Source of the DNA: a virus
Taxonomy: Duplodnaviria; Caudoviricetes
Direction: 5' to 3' (one strand)
IMG/VR virus record: IMGVR_UViG_2850126897_000005
Location: 1-64,000 of that record
Length of the DNA: 64,000 nucleotides
Both the position numbers and the translations under genes were made by a program. The notes under the pieces were generated by a model. That model was not told the origin of the DNA. It was given only the letters and a program-made list of their open reading frames with translations, and did not search any database. Shown in pieces: positions 37,310 to 46,868 of the stretch (position 1 is the first letter of the stretch; each line of letters starts with the position of its first letter).

Positions 37310-38797
37310 ATGCCAATTAAACAAACTCGATACGTTGATATCGCATCGGCGGTTATTGGCGCATCTGCTGTTCCGATGCGTAAATTAACCGGTCGCTTAT
37401 TTTCCACTAACCCCAAAATTCCTGCAGGTAAAGTTTTAGAGTTTGCCAGTGGTCAAATAGATGATTTGCTGGGTGTTGATTCTCCCGAGGCCCACTTTGC
37501 ACGACAATATTTTAGCTATGTCAGCCCTGCACCGGTGAGTAAGCCGAAGGAATTACAAATTGCGTCTTATGAGCCCGTCGGGCGAGCGCCTACGCTATTT
37601 GGGACAAAAGCCGCCGCATTAGCAGATTTAAAAATCATTGCGGATGGGACGCTATCAGTCACGATTGGTACCGTCACTAAAAGCTACAAAGACATTGATT
37701 TGTCCGAAGCGAAGTCTTATGCGGATATTGCGTCCACCATTCAAGCAAAACTCAATGCAGAAAGAGAACCTCAATTTTCCAGTAGCTACTTGACGTTTAA
37801 TTCACTCGACAGCGCCTTTGAGCTGAGTGGCGGTGTGCAAGAACGCGCATCCATTAGTGTTGAATATTCGGTGCTGGCGAATGCCATGGGGCTGTCTTCC
37901 GGTACGGCATCTGAAGGTAACCCCGCACAAACGCCACTTGAAGCGTTTATGGTGGCAGAGCAGGTTTCCGATTCATTTGGTAGTGCGACATTCTTGGATG
38001 AGTTGACGTTAGAGCAAGTAGTGCCACTGGCGCAGTATGTTTCCGGTGAGAACGTCAAATACCAGTTGCACATTAGCGTGAGTGAAAAGCAGGTTGAAGA
38101 TTTTAGCGCAGCGTTGATGGGAACGGCTTCGGTGGGGTTAAACCTCAAAACAGATACCAACTATTTTATTCAAGCCTTACCCATGGCCGTTATGGCGGCG
38201 ACTGATTACGACCGCACTAATGCCACGACAAACTACATGTTCCGTCAGTTAGGTGTGACGTTCCCTGCGCAAGTGACCACAGACAAAGCGGCTGACCGAT
38301 TCGATAAGCTGCGCGTGAACTATTACGGTGAAACCGCGATAGCCGGCTCACAAATTCGTTTTTATCAGCGGGGCTTCTTGTGCGGTGGTGCGTCTAATCC
38401 ACTGGATATGAGTGTTCACGCCAATGAGCAATGGTTAAAAGCCTATATTGCTCAGCAATGGTTTAACGTGTTGTTGGCCACACGCGGGGTTCCTGCGAAT
38501 AAAGATGGTGAAGCGCGTGCGTTGATGGTGATTGCCGGTGCGGTCACCAAAGCGATAAATAACGGCACGATTTTAGCCGGTAAAACGCTGAGCGACGTGC
38601 AAAAGCTTGCTATTGCGGATGCGTCGGGTGATGACCTTGCGTGGTATGACGTACAGGATAAAGGCTATTGGTATAACGCGCAGATTGTTGAAAACACGGG
38701 TGAAAGCGACTTGCCTGAGTATGTCATGAAATACGTGCTGATTTACGGCAAAGGCGATTGGGTTCGTAAGGTCGAAGGCTCTCATAATTTAGTCTAG
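37310..38797 (+). CDS. Tail sheath (DUF3383)
   Basis: 495 aa; NYYGET, NEQWLK motifs. Confidence 0.8.
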   Translation: MPIKQTRYVDIASAVIGASAVPMRKLTGRLFSTNPKIPAGKVLEFASGQIDDLLGVDSPEAHFARQYFSYVSPAPVSKPKELQIASYEPVGRAPTLFGTKAAALADLKIIADGTLSVTIGTVTKSYKDIDLSEAKSYADIASTIQAKLNAEREPQFSSSYLTFNSLDSAFELSGGVQERASISVEYSVLANAMGLSSGTASEGNPAQTPLEAFMVAEQVSDSFGSATFLDELTLEQVVPLAQYVSGENVKYQLHISVSEKQVEDFSAALMGTASVGLNLKTDTNYFIQALPMAVMAATDYDRTNATTNYMFRQLGVTFPAQVTTDKAADRFDKLRVNYYGETAIAGSQIRFYQRGFLCGGASNPLDMSVHANEQWLKAYIAQQWFNVLLATRGVPANKDGEARALMVIAGAVTKAINNGTILAGKTLSDVQKLAIADASGDDLAWYDVQDKGYWYNAQIVENTGESDLPEYVMKYVLIYGKGDWVRKVEGSHNLV

Positions 38798-38806
38798 GAG
38801 TAGAAC

Positions 38807-39259
38807 ATGCATGATGTATCTGCAACCGGCTTGAGTTTTACCATTCAAGCCAGCAAAACCTTTCCCACTGGGATTTTAATTACCGCCTTTGCTGACGATG
38901 CTGACCCGCTGGATTTACCGGCTGTCGATATTGCGCAAACGGGTATGGACATTAACGGTAACTTGGTGAGTTGGTCCACACCGACACCACAAACCGTCAC
39001 GATTAACGTATTGGCGGGCAGTGAAGAAGATCAAAACTTGTCTATTTTGCTCGAGGCGAATACCGCGAAAAAAGGGCGCCGACACGCAGGGGATATTATT
39101 ACTTTTGTTGCGTCTTATGGCGATGGCTCAACGGTCACGGCGCGCAATGGCAAAATCACCAATGGTAGTCGTGGCAACTCAGCCGCCTCGGCAGGGCGTT
39201 TGAAATCTAAAGCCTATACCTTTGTGTTTCAGGATTTCGACAGTACGCGTATCCGTTAA
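38807..39259 (+). CDS. Tail tube protein
   Basis: FADDADP...G.L..W motif; terminator at ~39276-39297. Confidence 0.75.
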   Translation: MHDVSATGLSFTIQASKTFPTGILITAFADDADPLDLPAVDIAQTGMDINGNLVSWSTPTPQTVTINVLAGSEEDQNLSILLEANTAKKGRRHAGDIITFVASYGDGSTVTARNGKITNGSRGNSAASAGRLKSKAYTFVFQDFDSTRIR

Positions 39260-39309
39260 TTTATTTCAATTTCTGGCGGGGTTTCCCGCCTTTTTTATTG
39301 GTGTTTACC

Positions 39310-39768
39310 ATGATGATTAAACCTAAAGAAGTCGCTATCAAAGACGTTGATGGCGTTGAAAAACTATTCATTATTAGTCGCCTACCCGCCACAGTCGGGC
39401 GTGAAATCCTAGCCAAATACCCGTTATCTAACGCCCCCAAAATTGGTGACTATGAGGTCAGCAAAGAGGCCATGCTCAAAATGATGGCCTATGTGTGTGT
39501 CACTATCGACGGTGAAGAAATCCCCCTTAAAACACAAACACTTATTGATAACCATGTGCCTGATGGCGAATCGTTGATCCGCTTAGAGTTGGAAATGTTG
39601 AAATATAACACCAGTTTTTTCGGCAACGACGGGAGCCAAGGTTTCCTCCACTTCCTGCTCAGCAAGGTAAGCGGTTCACTCCCGTCGATTATAAAAACGC
39701 TGATGGGTTCTTTGCCGTCATCGTCAGCGAACGCCTCGCCACCTTCACCGAACTCAAAACCTCAATAG
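39310..39768 (+). CDS. Tail assembly chaperone
   Basis: Lies between tube and tape measure genes. Confidence 0.75.
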   Translation: MMIKPKEVAIKDVDGVEKLFIISRLPATVGREILAKYPLSNAPKIGDYEVSKEAMLKMMAYVCVTIDGEEIPLKTQTLIDNHVPDGESLIRLELEMLKYNTSFFGNDGSQGFLHFLLSKVSGSLPSIIKTLMGSLPSSSANASPPSPNSKPQ

Positions 39769-39851
39769 ATTTAGAAGAGGCAATGGACTTGTGGGAAATT
39801 GCCATCACTAACCGTTATAACGAAGCCCTTGCGGCTTCAAAGGATAGATAA
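39615..39851 (+). other. Programmed -1 frameshift site (T TTT TTC) and extension frame of tail chaperone
   Basis: Slippery heptamer at 39615-39621; -1 frame open to TAA 39849-39851 (...VIVSERLATFTELKTSIDLEEAMDLWEI...). Confidence 0.75.
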
Positions 39852-42361
39852 TGTCATTAATGGATACCTTTGTGCAGGTCTTTGAGTTTGATACGAGGCA
39901 AGCGGATGGGGCATTTAAAAAGGTGCAACGTTCGACCGATGACATTATCGATGGTATGAAACAAACCCAACAGGCGGCGCAGCAAAGTTCACTGACCATC
40001 GGGAGTGTAATGACAGAGCTTTGGCAATCACTGCAGGGATTGTCGACCGAACATGTCATTCAGTTCACTACCAATGCCAGCGAGGTCAGTGCTGAGACAA
40101 GCCAAATCGTGGCTCGGTTAGATGCGGTGAGCTCATCATTAAGCACATTGGATGAGCAACGGCAAAATGCAGACGCAGCTTGGGTCTTTGCGGGGGATGC
40201 GCTAGGGGAGTGGGGGCAATCACTGCAAGCTGAAATCAGCCAACTGAAAAATGATCTCGGCTCGTTATCGGTGGGTGACCAAAAAAACGCATTAGAACAG
40301 GTAAAAGGCTCAGTCAGTGAGTATATTAATGAGCTGCAAAAAATCCCGACCACTACTGCCGATGGCGCCGCTGAAATTGAACGTGTGATGGCAGACTTAC
40401 GCCAATCGGTGCAAGGCTTATCGATTGAACATTCGATTGATTTTGTCACTAATGCAGATGAGGTTATTGCCCAAACAGGCTCGGTTAAAACACAATTAGA
40501 GACAGTAACAGATTCGATGGCCAACCTTGAGGTACAGCGGTCAATATCTGATGCAGGCATGCAATCCACACAGGTTGTTTTGGGCGAACTTGATGCAAAC
40601 TACCAGGCACTGCAGCAAAATGTTATTCAACTTAATCAAGGTGTCACCGACCTTACGTTAGCCGAACACCAAGGTATCACCGCGAAGCAACTGTCCAACG
40701 CCATTATTCAGGCACTGCAAGGTAATTACAGCGAGTTAATTCGCCTTGTGGAGTCGATGAAAGTGAAGGGAATTGAAGCAGCGACCAGTGAAATTAAAGC
40801 TCAGCAATCCGTGCAAAAAGCCCTTGAGAATACCGAAACCAAATACCAGCAAGCGGGTAATACGGTCATGTCGTTTGCCAAAAAGGCATTGGGGGCGGTT
40901 GGCTTATTGATGGGGGCGACTGCCTTGGTGGGGGAATCGATTTCACGTTTGGCTGATATTGAAACCCTCGATAAACTGGGTAAAAAAATCAATGTAGCGA
41001 CTGCCGATGTGGACGCTTTCGCGGGTTCAATGGCTGAACTGGGCGGTACGCGTGATGCGGCGCAAGCGGATTTATCCGCGATGGCCAAATCGTTTGGTTT
41101 TGCGAAAAATATCATGGAAAAAGTGCTTCAGACTGCCGATAAAGTGCAGGGCATGAAGTTCGACAAAGCTAAGGCAACGCTTGCGGGGCTGGGCGTGACG
41201 GATGATAAAACCGTCGAGATGATGATGAAGGGACGCAAAGAGCTCGAGCGCATGATAGGCATTCAAAAAGAATACTCAGGTATTAACAAAGAGAGTATTG
41301 AACAATCCATCAAATTCAACAAAGCCATGCAAGGCTTTAAGCAATCATCAGGTTTGCTGAAAAACAGCTTTCTTGAAATGGTGATCCCGATTTTAACCAA
41401 AGGGCTAGAGTGGGTTAACCGCTTTGTGAGCTTTTGCAAAGAAAACAAATCGCTCATTGTGGGGTTCTTTATTGCGATAGGTTCGGCTATTGCGGTGTTT
41501 TATGTGCCTGCCATGTTATCGGCGGCAGCCGCGACCTTGGCAGCAACATGGCCCATCTTGGCGATTATCGCGGTTATTGCCTTACTGGCTGCGGCGTTTG
41601 CCTTAGTTTATGACGATATCATGAATTTTATTGATGGCAATGATTCGATGATAGGGCGTATTTTGGATGAATACCCCGAACTTAAAGCGGTCATTATTGC
41701 GCTGTGGGAAGCCTTTAAAGCCTTCTTTGATTTTGTCATCGCCTTGTCTCAGGTCGTCGCCGATGTGGCGGTGGCTGCTTTTCACTTTATTATTGATGGT
41801 GGCAAGCAGTTATGGGCATGGCTCACGGGGTTTATTCGCGATGTAGTGGATTGGGGCAAGCAATTTGAAGGCGTTTTTACGGTGGCTTCTGATGCCGTTG
41901 TAGGGATTTTTAAGTGGCTATGGGCGCAAATCAAACAGTATTTAGGTTGGATTAATGACGGCTTAGACGCGATTAAAAATGGTTGGAGCACTGTCAAAGG
42001 GGGGTTTGGTTTTGAGGATGCACAAATGACTCAAACGGTTGAACGCAGAGTCACGTCTGATGGCACGATAGAGCACCAAATTCCCGAACAGCCCAAGTTA
42101 TCTGAAGAAGATACTGCATTGTTAGTAAAAGGACTGAGCCAACAAATTAACGGCATGTCGAACAATCCAATCAACTCGATAACCAGCCAAGCTATCAGTA
42201 ATCAATCCAATACCACCAATGAAACTAATTTGTCGATTGGTGAAATCAAAGTGGAAACCCAAGCGACGGATGCGCAAGGCATGGCCAGTGGCACGAAAGA
42301 TGCGTTGCAATCCCAGCTACAAGATTTAGCCCATCAAACCAGTTCGGGGGTAAGCAAATGA
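39851..42361 (+). CDS. Tape measure protein
   Basis: Long helical protein; internal duplication at 40005 and 40383 (378-nt spacing). Confidence 0.85.
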   Translation: MSLMDTFVQVFEFDTRQADGAFKKVQRSTDDIIDGMKQTQQAAQQSSLTIGSVMTELWQSLQGLSTEHVIQFTTNASEVSAETSQIVARLDAVSSSLSTLDEQRQNADAAWVFAGDALGEWGQSLQAEISQLKNDLGSLSVGDQKNALEQVKGSVSEYINELQKIPTTTADGAAEIERVMADLRQSVQGLSIEHSIDFVTNADEVIAQTGSVKTQLETVTDSMANLEVQRSISDAGMQSTQVVLGELDANYQALQQNVIQLNQGVTDLTLAEHQGITAKQLSNAIIQALQGNYSELIRLVESMKVKGIEAATSEIKAQQSVQKALENTETKYQQAGNTVMSFAKKALGAVGLLMGATALVGESISRLADIETLDKLGKKINVATADVDAFAGSMAELGGTRDAAQADLSAMAKSFGFAKNIMEKVLQTADKVQGMKFDKAKATLAGLGVTDDKTVEMMMKGRKELERMIGIQKEYSGINKESIEQSIKFNKAMQGFKQSSGLLKNSFLEMVIPILTKGLEWVNRFVSFCKENKSLIVGFFIAIGSAIAVFYVPAMLSAAAATLAATWPILAIIAVIALLAAAFALVYDDIMNFIDGNDSMIGRILDEYPELKAVIIALWEAFKAFFDFVIALSQVVADVAVAAFHFIIDGGKQLWAWLTGFIRDVVDWGKQFEGVFTVASDAVVGIFKWLWAQIKQYLGWINDGLDAIKNGWSTVKGGFGFEDAQMTQTVERRVTSDGTIEHQIPEQPKLSEEDTALLVKGLSQQINGMSNNPINSITSQAISNQSNTTNETNLSIGEIKVETQATDAQGMASGTKDALQSQLQDLAHQTSSGVSK

Positions 42362-42885
42362 TCACCGAGGTGAAAATCTTCAATGTCGATAACTTTTCGA
42401 CGTTATTTGAAACGGCCAATCCAATTCAAATTAACGTGCGTGACGAACACAAAGCAACACAATTTACCGTTGAGTCGGGGGAAACACGCAGTGACCATGT
42501 GGTAGTTCAGCCCGTTGAAATTGGCATGGATTTAATTTTAGCTGGCGAAATGAAAAGCGCCTTTGAAACCCTACAGCAAGCCTACGATAAACATCAGTTA
42601 GTGGGTATCCAAACGCGGGTGAAAACCTACCAACCGATGTTGTTAGTGAATCTCTATCACGATGAAATTCCAGAGATGACCGATGCGATTAAACTCTCGC
42701 TGCGCTTTAGTGAGTGGCGAACGGTTGAGCCAGAATATGGCGACCTGCCGCCCCGTAAGGTGGAAAAAAAAGAGCAATCGAGCACAGTGAATCGCGGGAA
42801 AGTGCAAACATCCACGGTGCCAGAGAAAAAGAAAAAATCGGCAGCAACCAAAATTGCTGACGGTGAATTGACGTTAGGGTGGTAA
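42358..42885 (+). CDS. Baseplate/tail initiator protein
   Basis: VESG...SDH.V.QP motif, follows tape measure gene. Confidence 0.7.
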   Translation: MITEVKIFNVDNFSTLFETANPIQINVRDEHKATQFTVESGETRSDHVVVQPVEIGMDLILAGEMKSAFETLQQAYDKHQLVGIQTRVKTYQPMLLVNLYHDEIPEMTDAIKLSLRFSEWRTVEPEYGDLPPRKVEKKEQSSTVNRGKVQTSTVPEKKKKSAATKIADGELTLGW

Positions 42886-42888
42886 TCC

Positions 42889-43182
42889 ATGCAAGAGATC
42901 CCTTTAAATGCCGTACCTAATCAACGTTTGCGCGTGAGCCTTGGCGGTGATGAGTGGGAGCTGACGATTAAAGCGGCGCGAACAACAATGTGCTGCGATA
43001 TCAAACGCAACGATGTGGTTTTACTGCAAGGCATTCGTGTGATGCCCAATCAACCGCTGATCCCCTACCGCTATTTATCAGGTAACGGTAATTTTGCCTT
43101 TATCACAGAAAATGATGAATATCCGTGGTGGGCGCAATTTGGTCAATCGCAGTATTTGGTGTGGTGGGGTGAAAATGATTGA
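42889..43182 (+). CDS. Baseplate plug-like protein
   Basis: IPL.AVPNQ motif. Confidence 0.65.
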   Translation: MQEIPLNAVPNQRLRVSLGGDEWELTIKAARTTMCCDIKRNDVVLLQGIRVMPNQPLIPYRYLSGNGNFAFITENDEYPWWAQFGQSQYLVWWGEND

Positions 43183-43990
43183 TTTACGCCGCATACGATT
43201 AGGGATTGAAGTTAATGGTCGGCTGCAATGGTATGAAGGACTGCGTATTCGTGCCAACGGCACTAAATATGCCAATCCCCTGCAAAATGAATGCACGGTC
43301 AATATCGATGGCCTCAATGCGACAACACGCAATATGTTGCTGACCGAAACCAGCCCTTATACCCAAGCGAAGAAACCGCATCGTTTAATTGTCGAAGCTG
43401 GTCGTGTTAGCACCGGTATTTTTCGCATTTATGTCGGGGATATTGTTAGTGCAGAAATCGCCTCACCGCCGGATGTGAAATTGACCTTAAAAGCGAAAAC
43501 CAACAATACAACCGCACGTGATATTGTTTCTTCATCGGGTAGTGCCATAAGCAAAATGAGCGAGCTGGCTAAGAACATAGCGCAGGATTGCGGGGTTAAA
43601 TTGGACTTTCAGGCCACCGATAAAAATATTGCCAATTGGTATTTTTGTGGGCCGGCACTCAAACAAGTGGAACGACTGCAAGACACGGGCAATGTGAAAG
43701 CGTTTATTGACGATGACATGCTGTATGTGAAAGACCAGGACAAAGCGTTAAGTGGCCGCTTGCGTATTCTGAACCAAAAATCGGGTATGGTCGGTATTCC
43801 TAAAGCCACTGAGAAGGGCGTCGATGTCACTTATTTAATTGATAGTGAGTCGTCATTGGGCGGCATATTACGCCTTGAAAGCAAGTTTAATCCCGCCTTG
43901 AATGGTGATTATATTATTGAGCAACTTAAGTTTGATATAGCGTCTCACGACGATCCCTTCTTTTACCAAGCGACCTGCAAACGAGTGTAA
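43175..43990 (+). CDS. Baseplate hub protein
   Basis: GMVGIP, L.S.FNP.LNG.Y. Confidence 0.75.
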   Translation: MIDLRRIRLGIEVNGRLQWYEGLRIRANGTKYANPLQNECTVNIDGLNATTRNMLLTETSPYTQAKKPHRLIVEAGRVSTGIFRIYVGDIVSAEIASPPDVKLTLKAKTNNTTARDIVSSSGSAISKMSELAKNIAQDCGVKLDFQATDKNIANWYFCGPALKQVERLQDTGNVKAFIDDDMLYVKDQDKALSGRLRILNQKSGMVGIPKATEKGVDVTYLIDSESSLGGILRLESKFNPALNGDYIIEQLKFDIASHDDPFFYQATCKRV

Positions 43991-43993
43991 ATC

Positions 43994-44686
43994 ATGAACC
44001 AACCCAATAATGATATTGCTAGCGAAGGCAGCTTGGCAGGGCAGTTTATGGCTGCGTTTCGTAGCCTATTGATGAATATTGACGACATGCTCCCCGCGAC
44101 GGTGGTGAGTTATGACGATAAAACTAACCGCGCTGTGATTAAGCCACTCGTCATGATGGTATCGACGGAGGGGCAAAAAGTCGGGCGAGCGGCAGTGCTG
44201 AATATTCCTGTTTTCCGTTTTGGTGGCGGGGGCTTTTTTATCCGTATGCCGATCAAGGCGGGTGATTTCGGTTGGTTAAAAGCCAATGACCGTGATATCA
44301 GCTTAATCTTTCAGCGTGGCGGCTTAGAGGATGAACCGAATACGGCTCGTTTACATACCTTTAGCGATGCGATGTTTTTCCCTGACACACTTAAAGGCTG
44401 GTTGATTGATGGCAAAAATACGGATGCCTTGGTGATTCAGTCCATGGATGGCTCCGTATGTTTGTCACTGCATGAGGGTAAAGCGGTTTTAGATTCGCCC
44501 GTTCTTGAAGTCAATGTGCCCGAAACCACGTTTAACGGCAATGTTACGGTTAATGGTAATCAGGCTATAAACGGTAACAGCGATTCAAACGGCGGTACGA
44601 TGAAACACAACGGTAAAGATATCGGCTCAACACATAAACACAGCGGTATTCAAAGTGGTAATAGCAATTCAGGAGTCCCCGTATGA
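43994..44686 (+). CDS. Baseplate spike (Gp138-like)
   Basis: PATVVSYD; C-terminal HKHSG metal site. Confidence 0.8.
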   Translation: MNQPNNDIASEGSLAGQFMAAFRSLLMNIDDMLPATVVSYDDKTNRAVIKPLVMMVSTEGQKVGRAAVLNIPVFRFGGGGFFIRMPIKAGDFGWLKANDRDISLIFQRGGLEDEPNTARLHTFSDAMFFPDTLKGWLIDGKNTDALVIQSMDGSVCLSLHEGKAVLDSPVLEVNVPETTFNGNVTVNGNQAINGNSDSNGGTMKHNGKDIGSTHKHSGIQSGNSNSGVPV

Positions 44687-45027
44687 AGACATTTAATGTC
44701 AACAGCAGTAACGACATCCATCTTGGCAATGACGGAAACTTGTCGATTGTGAGTGGTGAACGGGCATCTAAAAACCGTTGTGAACATTATGCCAAAGCAC
44801 TCCGCGGTGAAATGCTGCATAAGCTCGATATGGGGATTCCTTACTGGAAAACCACCTTTGGGCGACAGGCGGACATTCCGTTATTTGAAGCGGCGTTTCG
44901 TGACCGAATACGTGACTTGGATGATGTGATATCGGTGGTGTCATTTTCGGCATTAATCGCAGATAACTCGCTGAACTATACCGCGGTGATCCAAACCATT
45001 TATGGGGAGATAACGCTTAATGGCTGA
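44683..45027 (+). CDS. Baseplate wedge (gp25/W-like)
   Basis: GE......GIPY and T.YG motifs. Confidence 0.7.
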   Translation: MKTFNVNSSNDIHLGNDGNLSIVSGERASKNRCEHYAKALRGEMLHKLDMGIPYWKTTFGRQADIPLFEAAFRDRIRDLDDVISVVSFSALIADNSLNYTAVIQTIYGEITLNG

Positions 45028-46207
45028 TTATCAATATCTCACATCACAGGGTGTAATTGTGCCGGATACCAGCACCTTACGTGATGACGTTGAAAACGAA
45101 TTTAAAAGTGTCTTTGGCCAGCAACTGGATGTTAACCCCGAAACCCCGCAAGGCGCATTGATCACCATGGAGGTCGAAAATCGGGACGCCGTTGTACGCA
45201 ATAATGCAGAGTTGGCCAATCAAATTAACCCCGATTTAGCCGGTGGTATTTTCCTTGATGCAATATGGGCCTTAATGGGCGGGCAGCGTTTTGATGCGAC
45301 CCACTCCTTTTTATCGCAGGTGAAATTCACTGGGATTGCCGAGACCATTATCCCCAAGGGGTCACAAGCAGCCACGCTGAATGGCGACTTATTCGAAACC
45401 ACCAAAACTTTAATTATCGGTAAAGATGGCTCAGTCACTGGGGATATGCGCGCCATTGAAACGGGAGCGATTGAGTGCGGTGTGGGCCAACTCAATAAAG
45501 TGGCCAGTTCGGTATTAGGTTGGGAAACCGTTCATAACCCCAGCAATGCGGTGTTGGGTCGAGATGCCGAATCAGACCTACAATCAAGGCGACGACGTAA
45601 GCAGACACTAGCCAAAAACACCGTCAGTGTGGGAGAAGCGATTACTTCGGCACTGTATGAGTTAGAAGGGGTGCGTTCGTTAGCCTATCGAGAAAACTAC
45701 ACTGACCAACCGATGATGTTTGATGGGATCACGTTAGTGCCTCATAGCATTTATGTGTGTGTTGAAGGGGGCGATAAAGAGGCAATTGCTCGTTCGCTAC
45801 TGCGCACAAAAACGCTCGGTGCGGCTTTTAATGGCAGTGAAGAAGTGGAGGTATTGGAAAACATCAGCGGCCAAATTTATCCCGTTAAATTCGATAGGGC
45901 GAAAGAAATTGTGTTGTTCTGCCGAGTAACGGTGAAAAAAGCCACCGTCGATGCACAAACGATTATTCCCGCCGCGGTTGAGTCATGGGCAAATGGGGAT
46001 ATCGATGGCGAGGGCGGTTTAGTGGTGGGGCGCGATGTATCACCTTTCGAAATATCAGCCGGTATCAATGCCGTCGAGCCTCGGTTGTTTATTACACGTG
46101 TCGAACTTTCAACGGATGGCAAAGCCTGGTCTTCAAATAATTATGAAATCAAAATGAATGAGGTGGCAAGGCTCAAACGCAGTGCGGTACAGGTGGTGTT
46201 GGTATGA
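45020..46207 (+). CDS. Baseplate J-like protein
   Basis: PETPQG.LI; G...ESD...R.R. Confidence 0.85.
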   Translation: MADYQYLTSQGVIVPDTSTLRDDVENEFKSVFGQQLDVNPETPQGALITMEVENRDAVVRNNAELANQINPDLAGGIFLDAIWALMGGQRFDATHSFLSQVKFTGIAETIIPKGSQAATLNGDLFETTKTLIIGKDGSVTGDMRAIETGAIECGVGQLNKVASSVLGWETVHNPSNAVLGRDAESDLQSRRRRKQTLAKNTVSVGEAITSALYELEGVRSLAYRENYTDQPMMFDGITLVPHSIYVCVEGGDKEAIARSLLRTKTLGAAFNGSEEVEVLENISGQIYPVKFDRAKEIVLFCRVTVKKATVDAQTIIPAAVESWANGDIDGEGGLVVGRDVSPFEISAGINAVEPRLFITRVELSTDGKAWSSNNYEIKMNEVARLKRSAVQVVLV

Positions 46208-46863
46208 GTAAAATTCAATCATTTGATTTTCACTCTGATTTATTAAAGGCGATCCTTTGGCAATATGAGGATGCGACAAACCTTAAGGCGTTAGCCAAGT
46301 ACAAAGCGGACTATTTTGAACAATCCACAGTCCAGTTTTGGCGCGATTGGTACCGTGATGTGTTTAATATCGATACTGCGAACGAGTTTGGGCTAAATAT
46401 TTGGGCGCGCATACTCGATGTGCCGTTGGGGATTGATGTCCCGCCTAGTGATAAAACGAAAATCGGCTTTGGTTTTGGTAAAAAGAACGCTAATTTTAAA
46501 GCCAACTTTCGGCGTAATGCCGATTACACCTTATCGCTGACAGTCGACCAAAAACGTCTCATCGTGCGTATGCGCTATTTTAACCTCACGCAAAGCCCAA
46601 CGGTCACCAATATTAATGAATTTCTTAAACGGTTCTTTTGGCAAGCCGACAGCAAAGTGTTTGTGCTTGATCCGCTGGATATGACCTATCTGTATTACGT
46701 GTTTAATTTCAACCCGGACGAACGTTTACGGGTTCTTCTTGAAAACTTTGATCTTATGCCTCGCCCATCGGGTGTGGGTGTCAAATACCGTATCGTGACA
46801 AAGAAAGCCTTCGGTCACGGTCAACATCGTAAAAACTTCCTTAGCAGTAATTTCGGAGCTTAA
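46204..46863 (+). CDS. Baseplate protein (DUF2612)
   Basis: ILWQY, GL.IW.RILD, PRPSGV. Confidence 0.8.
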   Translation: MSKIQSFDFHSDLLKAILWQYEDATNLKALAKYKADYFEQSTVQFWRDWYRDVFNIDTANEFGLNIWARILDVPLGIDVPPSDKTKIGFGFGKKNANFKANFRRNADYTLSLTVDQKRLIVRMRYFNLTQSPTVTNINEFLKRFFWQADSKVFVLDPLDMTYLYYVFNFNPDERLRVLLENFDLMPRPSGVGVKYRIVTKKAFGHGQHRKNFLSSNFGA

Positions 46864-46868
46864 AACTC

